64,000 nucleotides of DNA from Solirubrobacteraceae bacterium (GTDB taxonomy: Bacteria; Actinomycetota; Thermoleophilia; Solirubrobacterales; Solirubrobacteraceae): contig DASXZK010000040.1 of the NCBI GenBank assembly GCA_036501965.1, positions 15,769 through 79,768 of the forward strand, written 5' to 3'. This document shows, piece after piece, positions 1 to 13,077 of this stretch (positions are counted from its first letter, which is position 1; each line of letters starts with the position of its first letter). The notes beneath the pieces were generated by a model that saw nothing but the letters and a program-made list of their open reading frames with translations, was not told where the DNA came from and made no database searches. The translations under genes were made by a program, and so were the position numbers.

Positions 1-837
1 CGCGCGGGAGAAGTACAGCGGGTCACCGAACCCCGCGCGGAACGCCAGCTCACCGACGGTGAGGTCGGAGAAGCGCAGCAGCCGCTCGGCCTCGAGCATC
101 CGGCGCTCGGTGATGAGTTCCTTGGTCCCGTGCCCGGTCGCCGCGGTGAGCGCCCGCGCGAGCGCGGCCTGCGGGACGTGCAGCTCCTCGGCGTAGTGCG
201 CCGCGTCGCCGTGCCGGGCGAAGTCACGCTCGAGCAGCCCGATGAAGCGCCGGTAGAGCGCGAGCGCCGGGTCGCCGCCGTCGTGTCGCTCGGTCCGCGT
301 GGCGTCCTGCCAGCGCTCCAGCCACAGCACGAGCACCGACAGCAGGTGGCGCTCGGCGTCGAGGCTGCGTCCGTCCGGCGGGCGGCCGGTCTCGGCGGCG
401 AGCATCTCGATCAGCGCGTCCAGACGGTCGACCTCGCCGGCGGGGACCGGCACCGACGGCGGCGCGCTCGCGCCCGGCGACCAGCTGCTGCGCAGAGCCG
501 CGGCGCTGCGGTCGTCGAGCAGCTCGTCCCCAAACCGCACGACGGCGCCCCACAGCTGCTCGCCCCGCTCGAACACGTGGATCTGTCCGCGCGCGATCAC
601 CGTCAGCGTGCGCGCGGTGACCGGGGACGGCCGGCCGTCGACGCGGTGCAGCCCGCTCCCCGCCCGGGTCCAGATCAGCTCGTGGTAGTCGTGACGGTGC
701 GGGGTCCGCGCGCCGCGCGCGGTCACCGCGCCGAAGCTCGCGTCCCGCATCCACGCGACCTGCAGCGGCGGTCCCGCCGCGGCGAGGCTGTCGATTGCGG
801 GCTCGCGCCGGTCGGCGGGCGGCGGGGCAGGGGACAC
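1..837 (-). CDS. AraC-family transcriptional regulator (3' end runs off window)
   Basis: Manual translation of the minus strand: cupin motif HRHDYHELIW and C-terminal HTH (RRMLEAERLLRFSDLTVGELAFRAGFGDPLYFSRA). GTG at 837 is preceded by TACTGT-N7 (leaderless). Confidence 0.9.
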   Translation of the reverse strand, partial: MSPAPPPADRREPAIDSLAAAGPPLQVAWMRDASFGAVTARGARTPHRHDYHELIWTRAGSGLHRVDGRPSPVTARTLTVIARGQIHVFERGEQLWGAVVRFGDELLDDRSAAALRSSWSPGASAPPSVPVPAGEVDRLDALIEMLAAETGRPPDGRSLDAERHLLSVLVLWLERWQDATRTERHDGGDPALALYRRFIGLLERDFARHGDAAHYAEELHVPQAALARALTAATGHGTKELITERRMLEAERLLRFSDLTVGELAFRAGFGDPLYFSRA

Positions 838-853
838 GCGCGGGACAGTACGC

Positions 854-928
854 CCGCAGCCGCAGCCGCAGCCGCAGCCGCAGCCCGGCCCAGCCCGGCC
901 CGGCCCGGCCCAGCCCAGCTCGGCCCGG
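854..928. repeat. Compound simple sequence repeat: (CCGCAG)x5 followed by about 9 CCC(G/A)G pentamers
   Basis: Read directly from the sequence; intergenic, just upstream of the AraC -10 box. Confidence 0.9.
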
Positions 929-936
929 CGTGCGGT

Positions 937-1530
937 CTACCAGGCGACGCCCACGCGCTCGCGGAGGTGCTCGCCGCTGTCGACCAGATCGGCGATCGCG
1001 ATCGCGTAATCCTCGGCCGAGATCTCGCTGTTGCCCGAGTCGTCGATGATCAACTGATCGCCGCCGAGCCGGTAGGCGCCCGTTCGCTCCCCGGGGTGGA
1101 TGAACGCGGCCGGGCTCACGTAGGTCCAGTCGAGGTCGTCGACGCTCCGGTACACATCGAGCGCCTCCGCGCCCTGGGCCGCCTCCCCCTTCCACTCCTC
1201 CGGGAAATCGGGCGTGTCGAGCAGCCGCCCGCCGCCGGGGACCTCGAGGCTGGCAGCCCCGCCGACGACGAGGAGCCGCTGCGCTCCCGCCCGGCGAAGG
1301 CCGTCGAGCAGCGAGCGCGCGACGTCGGCGAGCGTGTATCCGGCGCCGCGATTGGAGATCGCGCACACGACCACGTCGGCGCCCTCGACGGCGCTCGCGA
1401 CCTGAGCAGGGTCGGTGATGTCGGCGCCGCTCGACCGGCTCACCCCGACGACCTCGTGGCCGCGGTCCGACAGCTCGGTGGCGATGCAGCTGCCGATCAT
1501 GCCATTGGGTCCGAAAAGGACGATCTTCAT
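937..1530 (-). CDS. NAD(P)H-binding oxidoreductase (YwnB/flavin reductase-like)
   Basis: MKIVLFGPNGMIG Rossmann motif; VGGAASL, WTYVSP, GERTG, ISAEDYA motifs. Confidence 0.9.
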   Translation of the reverse strand: MKIVLFGPNGMIGSCIATELSDRGHEVVGVSRSSGADITDPAQVASAVEGADVVVCAISNRGAGYTLADVARSLLDGLRRAGAQRLLVVGGAASLEVPGGGRLLDTPDFPEEWKGEAAQGAEALDVYRSVDDLDWTYVSPAAFIHPGERTGAYRLGGDQLIIDDSGNSEISAEDYAIAIADLVDSGEHLRERVGVAW

Positions 1531-1570
1531 GTGGCGCTCCTGGTCGTCGTGTCCGCGAGGCGTCTGCAGC

Positions 1571-2712
1571 CTAGCCGCGTCCGGCGGGAGCGCTGGTCAC
1601 GGGGTGGATCGGGCCTGCGGTGTCTCGCAGCGGCGCAGCGGCGCGCCGCGCGCGCAGAGCGATGATCTCCGCGAGCACCGAGACGGCGGTCTCCTCGGCA
1701 GTCCGGCTGCCGATGTCCAGGCCGCACGGTGAGTGGAGCCGCTCGAGCTGTGGCTCGGTGACTCCCGCGTCGAGCAGGCGCTGCCGGCGATCCGCGGCGG
1801 TGCGGCGGCTGCCGAGCGCGCCGATGTACCCGGCTTCGGACTGGAGCGCCGCCATCACCGCCGGCTCGTCGAACTTCGGGTCATGGGTGAAGACGAGGAC
1901 CACGTCACGCGGGCCGAACTCCAGATCACGCAGCGTCTCCTGCGGCCAGCCGATCTTCACCTCGGCGACCGACGTGAACCGCGGGGACCGTGCGAACCGC
2001 TCCCTGGCGTCGATGATCGTCACCTGATAGCCGATCTGGGCGGCGATCGGCGCGATCGCGGCTGCGAAGTCGATCGCGCCGACGATGACCATCTGCGGCG
2101 GCCGGGCGTAGGCGCGGACGTGGACGGCGCGCGCGTCGCCCAGCGTGGCGCCATCCTCGCCAAAGTGCCGCAGGGTCGTCTTGCCCTCCTCCAGCAGCCC
2201 GCGGGCGTCTCGCGCCACGTTGCGGTCCAGGAGCTCCGGCCCGCGCAGTGACCCGAGCGGCTCGCCGTCGACGATCGCCAACCGCGCCCCGGCCGCCTCA
2301 CCATCGAGCGCCGTCGCGATCGCCGCGGGCCGGCCCCCATCGTGAGCCGCAGGACCGCGAGCTCAGTCTGCGCGTCCTCGCCGTCGAGCAGCGAGATGAA
2401 GATGTGCACGGTGCCGCCGCACATCAACCCGACCGTTCCCGCCAGGTCATCCGAGATCCCGTAGGTGAGAAGCCCGGCGGCGCGCTCCCCGGCGAACAGC
2501 TCCTCGGCCTCCAGCACGACGGCACTCTCGACGCAGCCCCCGGTGATCGACCCCTCGACGGTGCCGTCCTCGTCGACGACCAGCATCGCCCCCACCGGCA
2601 GCGGCGCGGAACCCTCGACGTCGACCAGCAGCGCCTGGACGAAGCGGCGCCCCTCCTCCAACCACCTGACTGCGACCGCCTGGGTGGCATCGACGACGCC
2701 CGAGTCGATCAT
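1571..2712 (-). pseudogene. xdhC: XdhC/CoxI-family Moco maturation factor, frameshifted by one base near 2335-2352 (true pseudogene or sequencing error)
   Basis: The N-half (GSAPLPVGA, GSITGGCVE, GLMCGG) is in ORF 2020..2712. The C-half (THDPKFD, YIGALGSRR, SPCGLDIG) is in ORF 1571..2281. Inserting one base joins them. Confidence 0.8.
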
Positions 2713-2752
2713 CAGGTGACCAACGGTCGGCGTAGGCGGGTCGCAGCAGCAC

Positions 2753-2768
2753 CTAAGCGATCACTTAG
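2753..2768. promoter_or_regulatory. CutR-type LysR operator CTAAG-CGATCA-CTTAG between divergent xdhC and yceI
   Basis: Exact reverse complement of the 16-bp palindrome at 23355-23370; resembles the mycobacterial CutR site TTAAG-N6-CTTAA. Confidence 0.75.
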
Positions 2769-2816
2769 CCCACTGTTGCCGGGCCCTCGCGGAGGCCGGT
2801 AGCGTGCCGCCAACCA

Positions 2817-3365
2817 ATGACGATTCCCGCTGGTACATACACGCTCGGACCGGAGCAGGCCACGCTTACGGTCCGCACCGGCAAGGCCGGGGCCGCTGCC
2901 AAGGCCGGCCACAACCTCCTGATCGAGGTCACCTCCTGGAGCGCCACGCTGGAGTGCGCAGACGATCCCGCCGCGAGCGCGCTGGAGCTCACCGCCGACT
3001 CGAGCTCGCTCGAGGTGCGCGACGGCTCGGGCGGCATCCAGGCGCTCGGCGACGACGACAAGGTCTCGATCAAGAAGTCGATCGACGACGATGTGCTCAA
3101 GCGCGGCACGATCGCGTTTCGCTCCTCGCGCGTGGAGCCGAGCGCCGACGGCGGATCGCTGCACGTCCACGGTGAGCTTGAGCTGCTCGGCGCCCGCCGG
3201 CCGATCACGTTCGAGCTGGCTGCCACCGACGACGGCCAGCTGACCGCAAGCACGACCATCACCCAGAGCGAGTTCGGGATCAAGCCCTATTCGACGCTCT
3301 TCGGCGCTCTGAAGGTCGTCGACGAGGTCCAGGTCGAGCTCGACGGCCGGCTGCAGTCAGGCTGA
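2817..3365 (+). CDS. YceI-family (polyisoprenoid-binding, lipocalin-like) protein, no signal peptide
   Basis: GTYTLGP, AGHNL, VHGELELLG, ITQSEFGIKPYSTLFGALKVVDEVQV pattern typical of YceI-like proteins. Confidence 0.85.
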   Translation: MTIPAGTYTLGPEQATLTVRTGKAGAAAKAGHNLLIEVTSWSATLECADDPAASALELTADSSSLEVRDGSGGIQALGDDDKVSIKKSIDDDVLKRGTIAFRSSRVEPSADGGSLHVHGELELLGARRPITFELAATDDGQLTASTTITQSEFGIKPYSTLFGALKVVDEVQVELDGRLQSG

Positions 3366-3444
3366 TCACGGCCACACGCCGGGACCCCCGTGGTCGCGAA
3401 GGGGTTGCATATTTCCTGATGGAAAGAGCCGTACGATTAGCCAA

Positions 3445-4344
3445 ATGGCTATTACCGTCACCCAGCTCACGACCTTCCTCGCGATCACCCGCGGCGGTTC
3501 GGTGACGGCGGCGGCCGACGAGCTGATGGTCACTCAGCCGACGGTCTCCTCGGCGATCTCCGGGCTCGGCCGAGAGCTCGGGTGCGCCCTGTTCGAGCGT
3601 GACGGGCGCGGGGTGCGCCTGACCTCCGCCGGCGAGGCGTTCCTGCCCTACGCGACCGATGTGATCGGGCTGCTCGACGCCGGCCGCCAGGCGGCGCGCG
3701 AGGCGGGGGAGGTCGCCGCGCGACGGCTGCACATCACCGCGGTGGCGACCGCCGCCGAGTCGTTCGTGCCGCCGCTCATGCACGCCTTCTCCGATCGCCA
3801 TCCTGAGATCGCACTCGCGCTCGATGTCGGCAACCGGGAGTCGGTGCTCGACGGGATCCTCGGCCACCGCGTCGATGTGGCGATCCTCGGCCGCCCGCCG
3901 GCCGACGAGCGCCTCGGGGCCGAGCCGTTCGTCGAGAACGAGATCGTCTGCATCGCCGCGCCGGAGGACCCGGCGGTCGGCCGGCGCCAGGTCGACGCCG
4001 CGGAGCTGGAGGACCGGCCGTGGCTCCTGCGCGAGCAGGGGTCGGGCACGCGGACGTTGGTCGAGCAGTTCCTCGCCGAACGGGACATGGCCCCGCAGAC
4101 GCTCACACTCGGCTCAAACGGCGCGATCAAGCAGGCCGTGCGCGCCGGGCTCGGCGTGTCGCTCGTCTCACGCGAGGCGGTCGAGGGCGAGCTCGCCTCC
4201 GGTCGCCTGGGCGAGGTGCGTCTCCGGGACGGGCCGGCGACCCGGATGTGGTTCGTGCTGCATTCCGCAGTCGGGCCGATGCGCCCCGCGGTCGCCCTGT
4301 TCCTGGATTTCGTTCGCGCCCACGGACGCGAGCTGCCCGGCTGA
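3445..4344 (+). CDS. cbbR: LysR-family regulator, CbbR-like
   Basis: LysR HTH (QLTTF, SVTAAADEL, TQPTVS), VGNR, REQGSGTR and LGSNGAIKQAV motifs. Adjacent to prk/cbbLSX. TACGAT-N7-ATG leaderless start. Confidence 0.8.
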   Translation: MAITVTQLTTFLAITRGGSVTAAADELMVTQPTVSSAISGLGRELGCALFERDGRGVRLTSAGEAFLPYATDVIGLLDAGRQAAREAGEVAARRLHITAVATAAESFVPPLMHAFSDRHPEIALALDVGNRESVLDGILGHRVDVAILGRPPADERLGAEPFVENEIVCIAAPEDPAVGRRQVDAAELEDRPWLLREQGSGTRTLVEQFLAERDMAPQTLTLGSNGAIKQAVRAGLGVSLVSREAVEGELASGRLGEVRLRDGPATRMWFVLHSAVGPMRPAVALFLDFVRAHGRELPG

Positions 4345-4391
4345 GCGAGGCGGCGTGGCCATCGCCTCGCCGCCGGCCGCGTCAACGGCGC

Positions 4392-5375
4392 TCACGCGGA
4401 CTCCTGGGCGGGTACGGCGATTCTGTCCTCGCCGCGCGCCGCGCCGTTGTTGCCGCGTGCCGCTTCGGCGCCGAGCGCGACGGCGGCCTTGGCGGTGACC
4501 AGGTGGTAGAGGATCAGCAGCTGCACCACCGCGAGCGACTCCGAGCGCTGCAGGGCGGTGCCGATCGTGAACTCGCCGAGGCGCCGGGAGCGCAGATGGT
4601 TGGCGAAGTGCAGCCGCTCCCAGATCGCCTCCTCGACCGCCGCCGCGTGGCTCGGGTCCATCCGGCCCGGGATCGTGAGCCTCCGATGGTCGTCGTGCTC
4701 GACGACGGTGATGCCGTCGGGCTGGCCGGAGACCAGCGGCGCGAGGTCGGGATGTGGCAGCCCGTCGAACAGCATCAGCTCGGCGTCGAGGTGGACCTGA
4801 TCCTCGTCGCCGGCCCCGGCCGCCGGGCGAAACGAGATCACCATGTCCGCGTGCCGGCGCTGGGGACGGATGAACGCGGCGGAGTCAGGCTCGCGCCGGT
4901 CGAGCTCGGCGAGCACCTCGTCTGTGGTGTAGCCACGGCGCGAGCAGTCGCGCTGCACCTTCCAGCGCCGGCGCACGTCCTCGGGCGGGTCGAGGAACAC
5001 CCGCACGTCATAGACGTCGCGCATCTCGGGCAGGTGATAGCCGAGCAGGCCCTCGATGATCGTGAACCGCTCGGGGGCGACGTACACCGGAGGCGCGAAC
5101 GTCCCGTCCTGGTGACGGTAGACGGGCTTGAGGATCGCGTTGCCGCGTCGCAGCGTGACCAGATCCTGGGTGAGGACGTCGAGGTAGTTGCACTCCGGGT
5201 GCAGCGGCGTGATCCCGTTCTCCGCCCGCTGGCGGCGGTCATAGCGGTGGTAGTCGTCGGTGCAGACGTGGGTGACGTGTGCCTCGCCGAGAACCCGAAC
5301 GAGGCCGCGGGTGATCGTCGTCTTGCCCGCGGCGCTGTCGCCGACGACCCCGAGGATGATCGGCCGGGAGATCAT
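4392..5375 (-). CDS. prk: Phosphoribulokinase
   Basis: GDSAAGKTT Walker [32 protein letters not shown]; in the cbb operon. Confidence 0.93.
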   Translation of the reverse strand: MISRPIILGVVGDSAAGKTTITRGLVRVLGEAHVTHVCTDDYHRYDRRQRAENGITPLHPECNYLDVLTQDLVTLRRGNAILKPVYRHQDGTFAPPVYVAPERFTIIEGLLGYHLPEMRDVYDVRVFLDPPEDVRRRWKVQRDCSRRGYTTDEVLAELDRREPDSAAFIRPQRRHADMVISFRPAAGAGDEDQVHLDAELMLFDGLPHPDLAPLVSGQPDGITVVEHDDHRRLTIPGRMDPSHAAAVEEAIWERLHFANHLRSRRLGEFTIGTALQRSESLAVVQLLILYHLVTAKAAVALGAEAARGNNGAARGEDRIAVPAQESA

Positions 5376-6283
5376 GTCGCCGGCTCCCCGGCGGTGAACA
5401 CCCGGCTCGCGCGGATATCCACGGGCTCGATCGCGGAGAGGTCGCCGACGGTGGGCACCCGCCCGTCACGGGCGGCCTCATAGATCCGGTTGGCATGGCG
5501 CAGCCGGGCGCGCTCCAGCGCGTTGCGCACGCTGCGGGCGTGGGCGAAGCGCGGCTGCCGCATGCGCAGCTCGAGGTATTCGCGCAGCGCCTGTGCGCCT
5601 TCGGAGGAGACCTCGTAGGACTCGGCGGCGAGCATCAGCCGCGCGATCCCCAGCAGCTCGTCGAGCGTGTAGTCGGGGAAGTCGATGTGGTGAGCGACGC
5701 TCGAGGACATTCCGGGATTGAGCGCGAAGAAATCATCCATGCGGTCCTTGTAGCCCGCGAGCACGACGACGAGCTGGTCGCGCTCGTTCTCCATCACCTG
5801 AAGGAGGATCTCGATCGCCTCCACGCCGTAGTCACGCTCGTTCTCTGGACGGTACAGGTAGTACGCCTCATCGATGAACAGCACACCGCCATAGGCCCGC
5901 TTCAGCACCTCCTTGGTCTTCGGAGCGGTGTGTCCGACGTACTGGCCCACCAGGTCGTCTCGGGTCACCGACACGACGTGGTTGCGAGCGATGTAGCCGA
6001 GCCGGTGCAGAAGCTCGGCGATGCGGAGCGCCACGGTCGTCTTGCCGGTCCCGGGGTTGCCGGTGAAGCACATGTGCAGCGTGGGGCGGACCGCGGTGAG
6101 GCCGACCTCGCGGCGCAGGCGGTCCACGACCAGCAGCGCCGCGATCTCGCGGATCCGGGTCTTCACCGGGGTCAGGGCGACGAGCTCGCGGTTGAGCTCG
6201 TCGAGCACCGCCTCGATGTTGGACTCCCGCAGGATCCCCTGGACGTCGACGTCCAGGGTGGGGGCGGGGTCAAGCACCGTCAT
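5372..6283 (-). CDS. cbbX: CbbX red-type RuBisCO activase (AAA+)
   Basis: [55 protein letters not shown] at 6283 overlaps the cbbS stop (ATGA). Confidence 0.95.
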   Translation of the reverse strand: MTVLDPAPTLDVDVQGILRESNIEAVLDELNRELVALTPVKTRIREIAALLVVDRLRREVGLTAVRPTLHMCFTGNPGTGKTTVALRIAELLHRLGYIARNHVVSVTRDDLVGQYVGHTAPKTKEVLKRAYGGVLFIDEAYYLYRPENERDYGVEAIEILLQVMENERDQLVVVLAGYKDRMDDFFALNPGMSSSVAHHIDFPDYTLDELLGIARLMLAAESYEVSSEGAQALREYLELRMRQPRFAHARSVRNALERARLRHANRIYEAARDGRVPTVGDLSAIEPVDIRASRVFTAGEPAT

Positions 6284-6804
6284 GCGGCGCCACCGTTGGT
6301 GCCGGCACCGTTGGTGGTGGCACCGTTCACGCCGGACCCGCCGGCGATGGCCTCGGTGGCCGCGGCCTCGCCGCCGGTGGCGCCGTAGCGGCTGCCGGCC
6401 GGCCGGTCGGTCGCGTAGGCGTGCAACTGGTAGCGGACGGTCCGGTCGTGCTGCTCGGCGCGCTCCAGGCGGAAGCCCGGTTCGACCGCCGGGCGGTGCA
6501 CGATGAAGCTCAGCGCCGTCGTCTGACGTCCGTAGGAGGCGTCGTAGGCGATCAGCTTGATGTACTGGGCCGGGTGGGCCTCGCGGGCGGCGCGGACCTC
6601 GCGCAGCACGACGACGAGGTCCTCGGGCCCGAGGTCGAACATCGGCAGCCCCCACATCTCCCAGTAGGAGTTGCGCGGATGCGGGTCGTCGGTGTGCTCG
6701 ATCGACATTGACCAGCCCTGACCCAGTGAGTAGGCGATCTGTGCGGCGATCTGATCGTCGGTGAGGTCGGGAAGGAACGAGAACGTGCCCTGGGTGAGTC
6801 GCAT
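6280..6804 (-). CDS. cbbS: RuBisCO small subunit (red-type) with Gly/Asn-rich C-terminal tail
   Basis: [37 protein letters not shown]-terminal EPGFRLER hairpin. Confidence 0.97.
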   Translation of the reverse strand: MRLTQGTFSFLPDLTDDQIAAQIAYSLGQGWSMSIEHTDDPHPRNSYWEMWGLPMFDLGPEDLVVVLREVRAAREAHPAQYIKLIAYDASYGRQTTALSFIVHRPAVEPGFRLERAEQHDRTVRYQLHAYATDRPAGSRYGATGGEAAATEAIAGGSGVNGATTNGAGTNGGAA

Positions 6805-6833
6805 GTCAGCTCTCCTTTGGCGAGGCAGGCGCG

Positions 6834-8381
<1,548 letters not shown>

Positions 8382-9240
8382 TCATGGCGAGAAGGCTATG
8401 GGTGACACTCACGCACGACACATAGGTCAGACGCTCATGGTCCACGTCAAATCCCTGTGGTTGGCCCCTGGATGAGACCGTAAGGTCGGCCATCCCGACC
8501 GAGGAGCGAGGTCATGGCACTCGTATCGATGCGTCTCAACAACCCCGTGGCGGCGGCGTGATCGACGTCGCGCTCACCCGCGGGCAGATCCGGGAGTCCG
8601 ACGTCGCGGTCGTCATCGATGTCCTGCGCGCGACCTCGACGGCGGTGAGCGCACTGGCGGCGGGGTACACGCGGGTCGTGTTCGCCGAGAGCCTCGACGA
8701 CGCGCGCGGGTTGCGTGGCTCCGGGCGCGTACTGGCGGGCGAGCGCGATTGCATCCCGCCTCCTGGCTTCGATCAGGGAAACTCGCCCCGGGAGGTCGCC
8801 CGGCCCCGGGGTCAGGAGCTCGTCCTGTCGACCACGAACGGCGCGCCGGCGGTGATCGCCGCCACCCGCGCCGCCGGGGCGGTCCTGCTCGCCTCGCTGC
8901 TCAACCTCCAGGCCACGATCGACGCGCTGGCGCACGCCGAGGGCACGATCCAGGTCATCTGCGCAGGGGCGGGCGGGCTTGCCTCGCTGGAGGATGTGTA
9001 CGTCGCGGGGCGGCTCGTCGCCGCTCTTGAGGGCGAGCGCACCGACGCCGCCCGGATCGCCGAGACGGTCGCGGCGGCCTATCGGACGCCGGCGGCGGCG
9101 CTGCGCACCGGAGCGGGCGGCGTGGCGCTGCGCGCGGCGGGCCTCGGTGAGGACATCGCCCACTGCGCGCGGGAGTCACGGCTCCCGCTGGTGGCGGTCG
9201 CCGTCGCCGACGGGACGCTCGCGGTCGCTGAGCGGGAGCC

Positions 9241-11649
<2,409 letters not shown>

Positions 11650-11654
11650 GACAG

Positions 11655-11975
11655 TTATTGTCGCCGGTCGGCCCCGACGGCGCCGGAGCCGAACACCGCT
11701 CCGCGGCCGAACGCCCTCTTGTAGTCGACGCCCTCCACCTCGATCGCCGCGTTGATCTTGCGGCATCGGCCGCACTTGACCCGCAGCTTGGCGTTCATGT
11801 ATTCGGGGGCCATCCCGGTCGCGAGCACGTTGCCGCAGTGGCCGCAGACGTAGTCGTCACCGTCCAACCCCCGGAACACGGGGCGATCCGGGTCGTCCTG
11901 GACGGCCGTGCCGCCGTCGGGGGGGATGTCGGAAGCATCGATCAGCCGCATCGCGATCGTCGCGCTCCCGCTCAC
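11655..11975 (-). CDS. Small zinc-ribbon-like protein (CxxC-x19-CxxC)
   Basis: YVCGHCG and VKCGRCRKIN; in operon between coxG and coxL2. Confidence 0.7.
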   Translation of the reverse strand: MSGSATIAMRLIDASDIPPDGGTAVQDDPDRPVFRGLDGDDYVCGHCGNVLATGMAPEYMNAKLRVKCGRCRKINAAIEVEGVDYKRAFGRGAVFGSGAVGADRRQ

Positions 11976-11976
11976 C

Positions 11977-12405
11977 TCAGATCTTCTCCAGGCTCTCGGT
12001 GAAGTTCTTGATCAGCGCGTCGAGCACGGTCTGCGCGACACCTTCGCCCATCGATGCCGCCTTGCCGGCGATCTGGGCCGCGGTGTGGATCTCGCCGCCG
12101 CTGTCGTTGATCGTGAAGGTGACGTCGGCGTTGGCGTAGCCCTGGCCGCCCGCCTCACGCGACTTCACCTTCAAGCGCGCGGTGTGCGCGGCGTCGTCGC
12201 GCTCGGCGACATCGACGGTGCCGACGAACTTCAGCGACATCGCGCCCATCTTCACCAGGATCTCGGCCTTGGCGCTCTCGGGTGAGGTCCGCTCGATCAC
12301 TCTGCCGCCCTCGACGCACGGGATCACGCGATCGAGATCGAGGATCGCCTCCCAGGTGTAGTCGGTCCCGTTGGCATTGTGGAACGGGTGATCGATTTCG
12401 ATCAT
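11977..12405 (-). CDS. coxG: CoxG / SRPBCC domain protein without C-terminal membrane anchor
   Basis: WEAILDLDRVIPCVEGG, VKMGAMSLKFVG, GGQGYANA, IAGKAASMG. Confidence 0.88.
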   Translation of the reverse strand: MIEIDHPFHNANGTDYTWEAILDLDRVIPCVEGGRVIERTSPESAKAEILVKMGAMSLKFVGTVDVAERDDAAHTARLKVKSREAGGQGYANADVTFTINDSGGEIHTAAQIAGKAASMGEGVAQTVLDALIKNFTESLEKI

Positions 12406-12443
12406 CTGTGTCAGGTCTCCTGTCGTGTCTTTGGTGTGGGGCC

Positions 12444-12899
12444 CTAGTCCGGGTACACGGTCTGGGCGTCCAGGCCGCCCTCGACCCCAGGTGGGAGCTC
12501 GCCGCTGGAGAGCGAGTACATCGCCAGGTCCGCAATCGTCGCGGCCTGCGGCGGTTCCGTTGGAGTGCTGAACGTGCCGTCGCCCCAGGCGAGGCTCTCC
12601 GGTGCTGCGCCCAGCGCGACGCCGGCGAGCAGGCGTGCTTTGTCGAGGATCTTGTCGGTCGCGCTGGTGATGGCGGCGTTCGCGCCGGGCGAGGGCGCGG
12701 TGTTGAAGCCATGTCCGTCGCCGAAGCGGTTGGTGTCCGCGGGCACGACCTTGACGTCGAGTGGCGGCACGCCGAGCTGGGCGGCGACCAGCTGGGCGTA
12801 CTCGCTCTCATGACCGTCGGGCTCGGTCGTGAGGCTCAGCACCATCTTGCCGGTGGGGTGGATGCGCAGGAACACCGCGCGGTATGCCTCATTGGCCAT
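12444..12899 (-). CDS. Stand-alone degenerate CoxL Moco-binding subdomain (151 aa, mini-CoxL)
   Basis: Colinear with the CoxL segment from LRVHPSGKAVVS to GMEGGLDAQIIY; has its own GGAGAG RBS and stop codon. Confidence 0.8.
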   Translation of the reverse strand: MANEAYRAVFLRIHPTGKMVLSLTTEPDGHESEYAQLVAAQLGVPPLDVKVVPADTNRFGDGHGFNTAPSPGANAAITSATDKILDKARLLAGVALGAAPESLAWGDGTFSTPTEPPQAATIADLAMYSLSSGELPPGVEGGLDAQTVYPD

Positions 12900-13077
12900 C
12901 GTGTCTCTCCTGGGTGGGGCCGCCCGCCTCGGCCAGTCGCTTGCGCTCCAGGTGGGCGGTGAGGGCGTTGTGGTTCTCCAGGTCGCAGAACGCCGGCTGG
13001 GGCCCGCCCATCGGGTGGGGCGGGACGGCCGGGCGCTCGCAGCCCGGGTAGATGCAGATCTTCGGCTGGTCGGTCAT
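12889..13077 (-). CDS. 62-aa Cys/His-rich small protein
   Basis: CIYPGC...FCDLENH...H; start overlaps the coxE stop and its end overlaps the next gene. Confidence 0.7.
   Translation of the reverse strand: MTDQPKICIYPGCERPAVPPHPMGGPQPAFCDLENHNALTAHLERKRLAEAGGPTQERHDGQ

Noticed and set aside
130..1665. Long Arg/Pro/Ala-rich ORFs such as 130..1665, 9265..11724, 24471..26720, 28468..30414 and 50491..52293
   Set aside because: Shadow ORFs antisense to or out of frame with well-supported genes; expected in high-GC DNA
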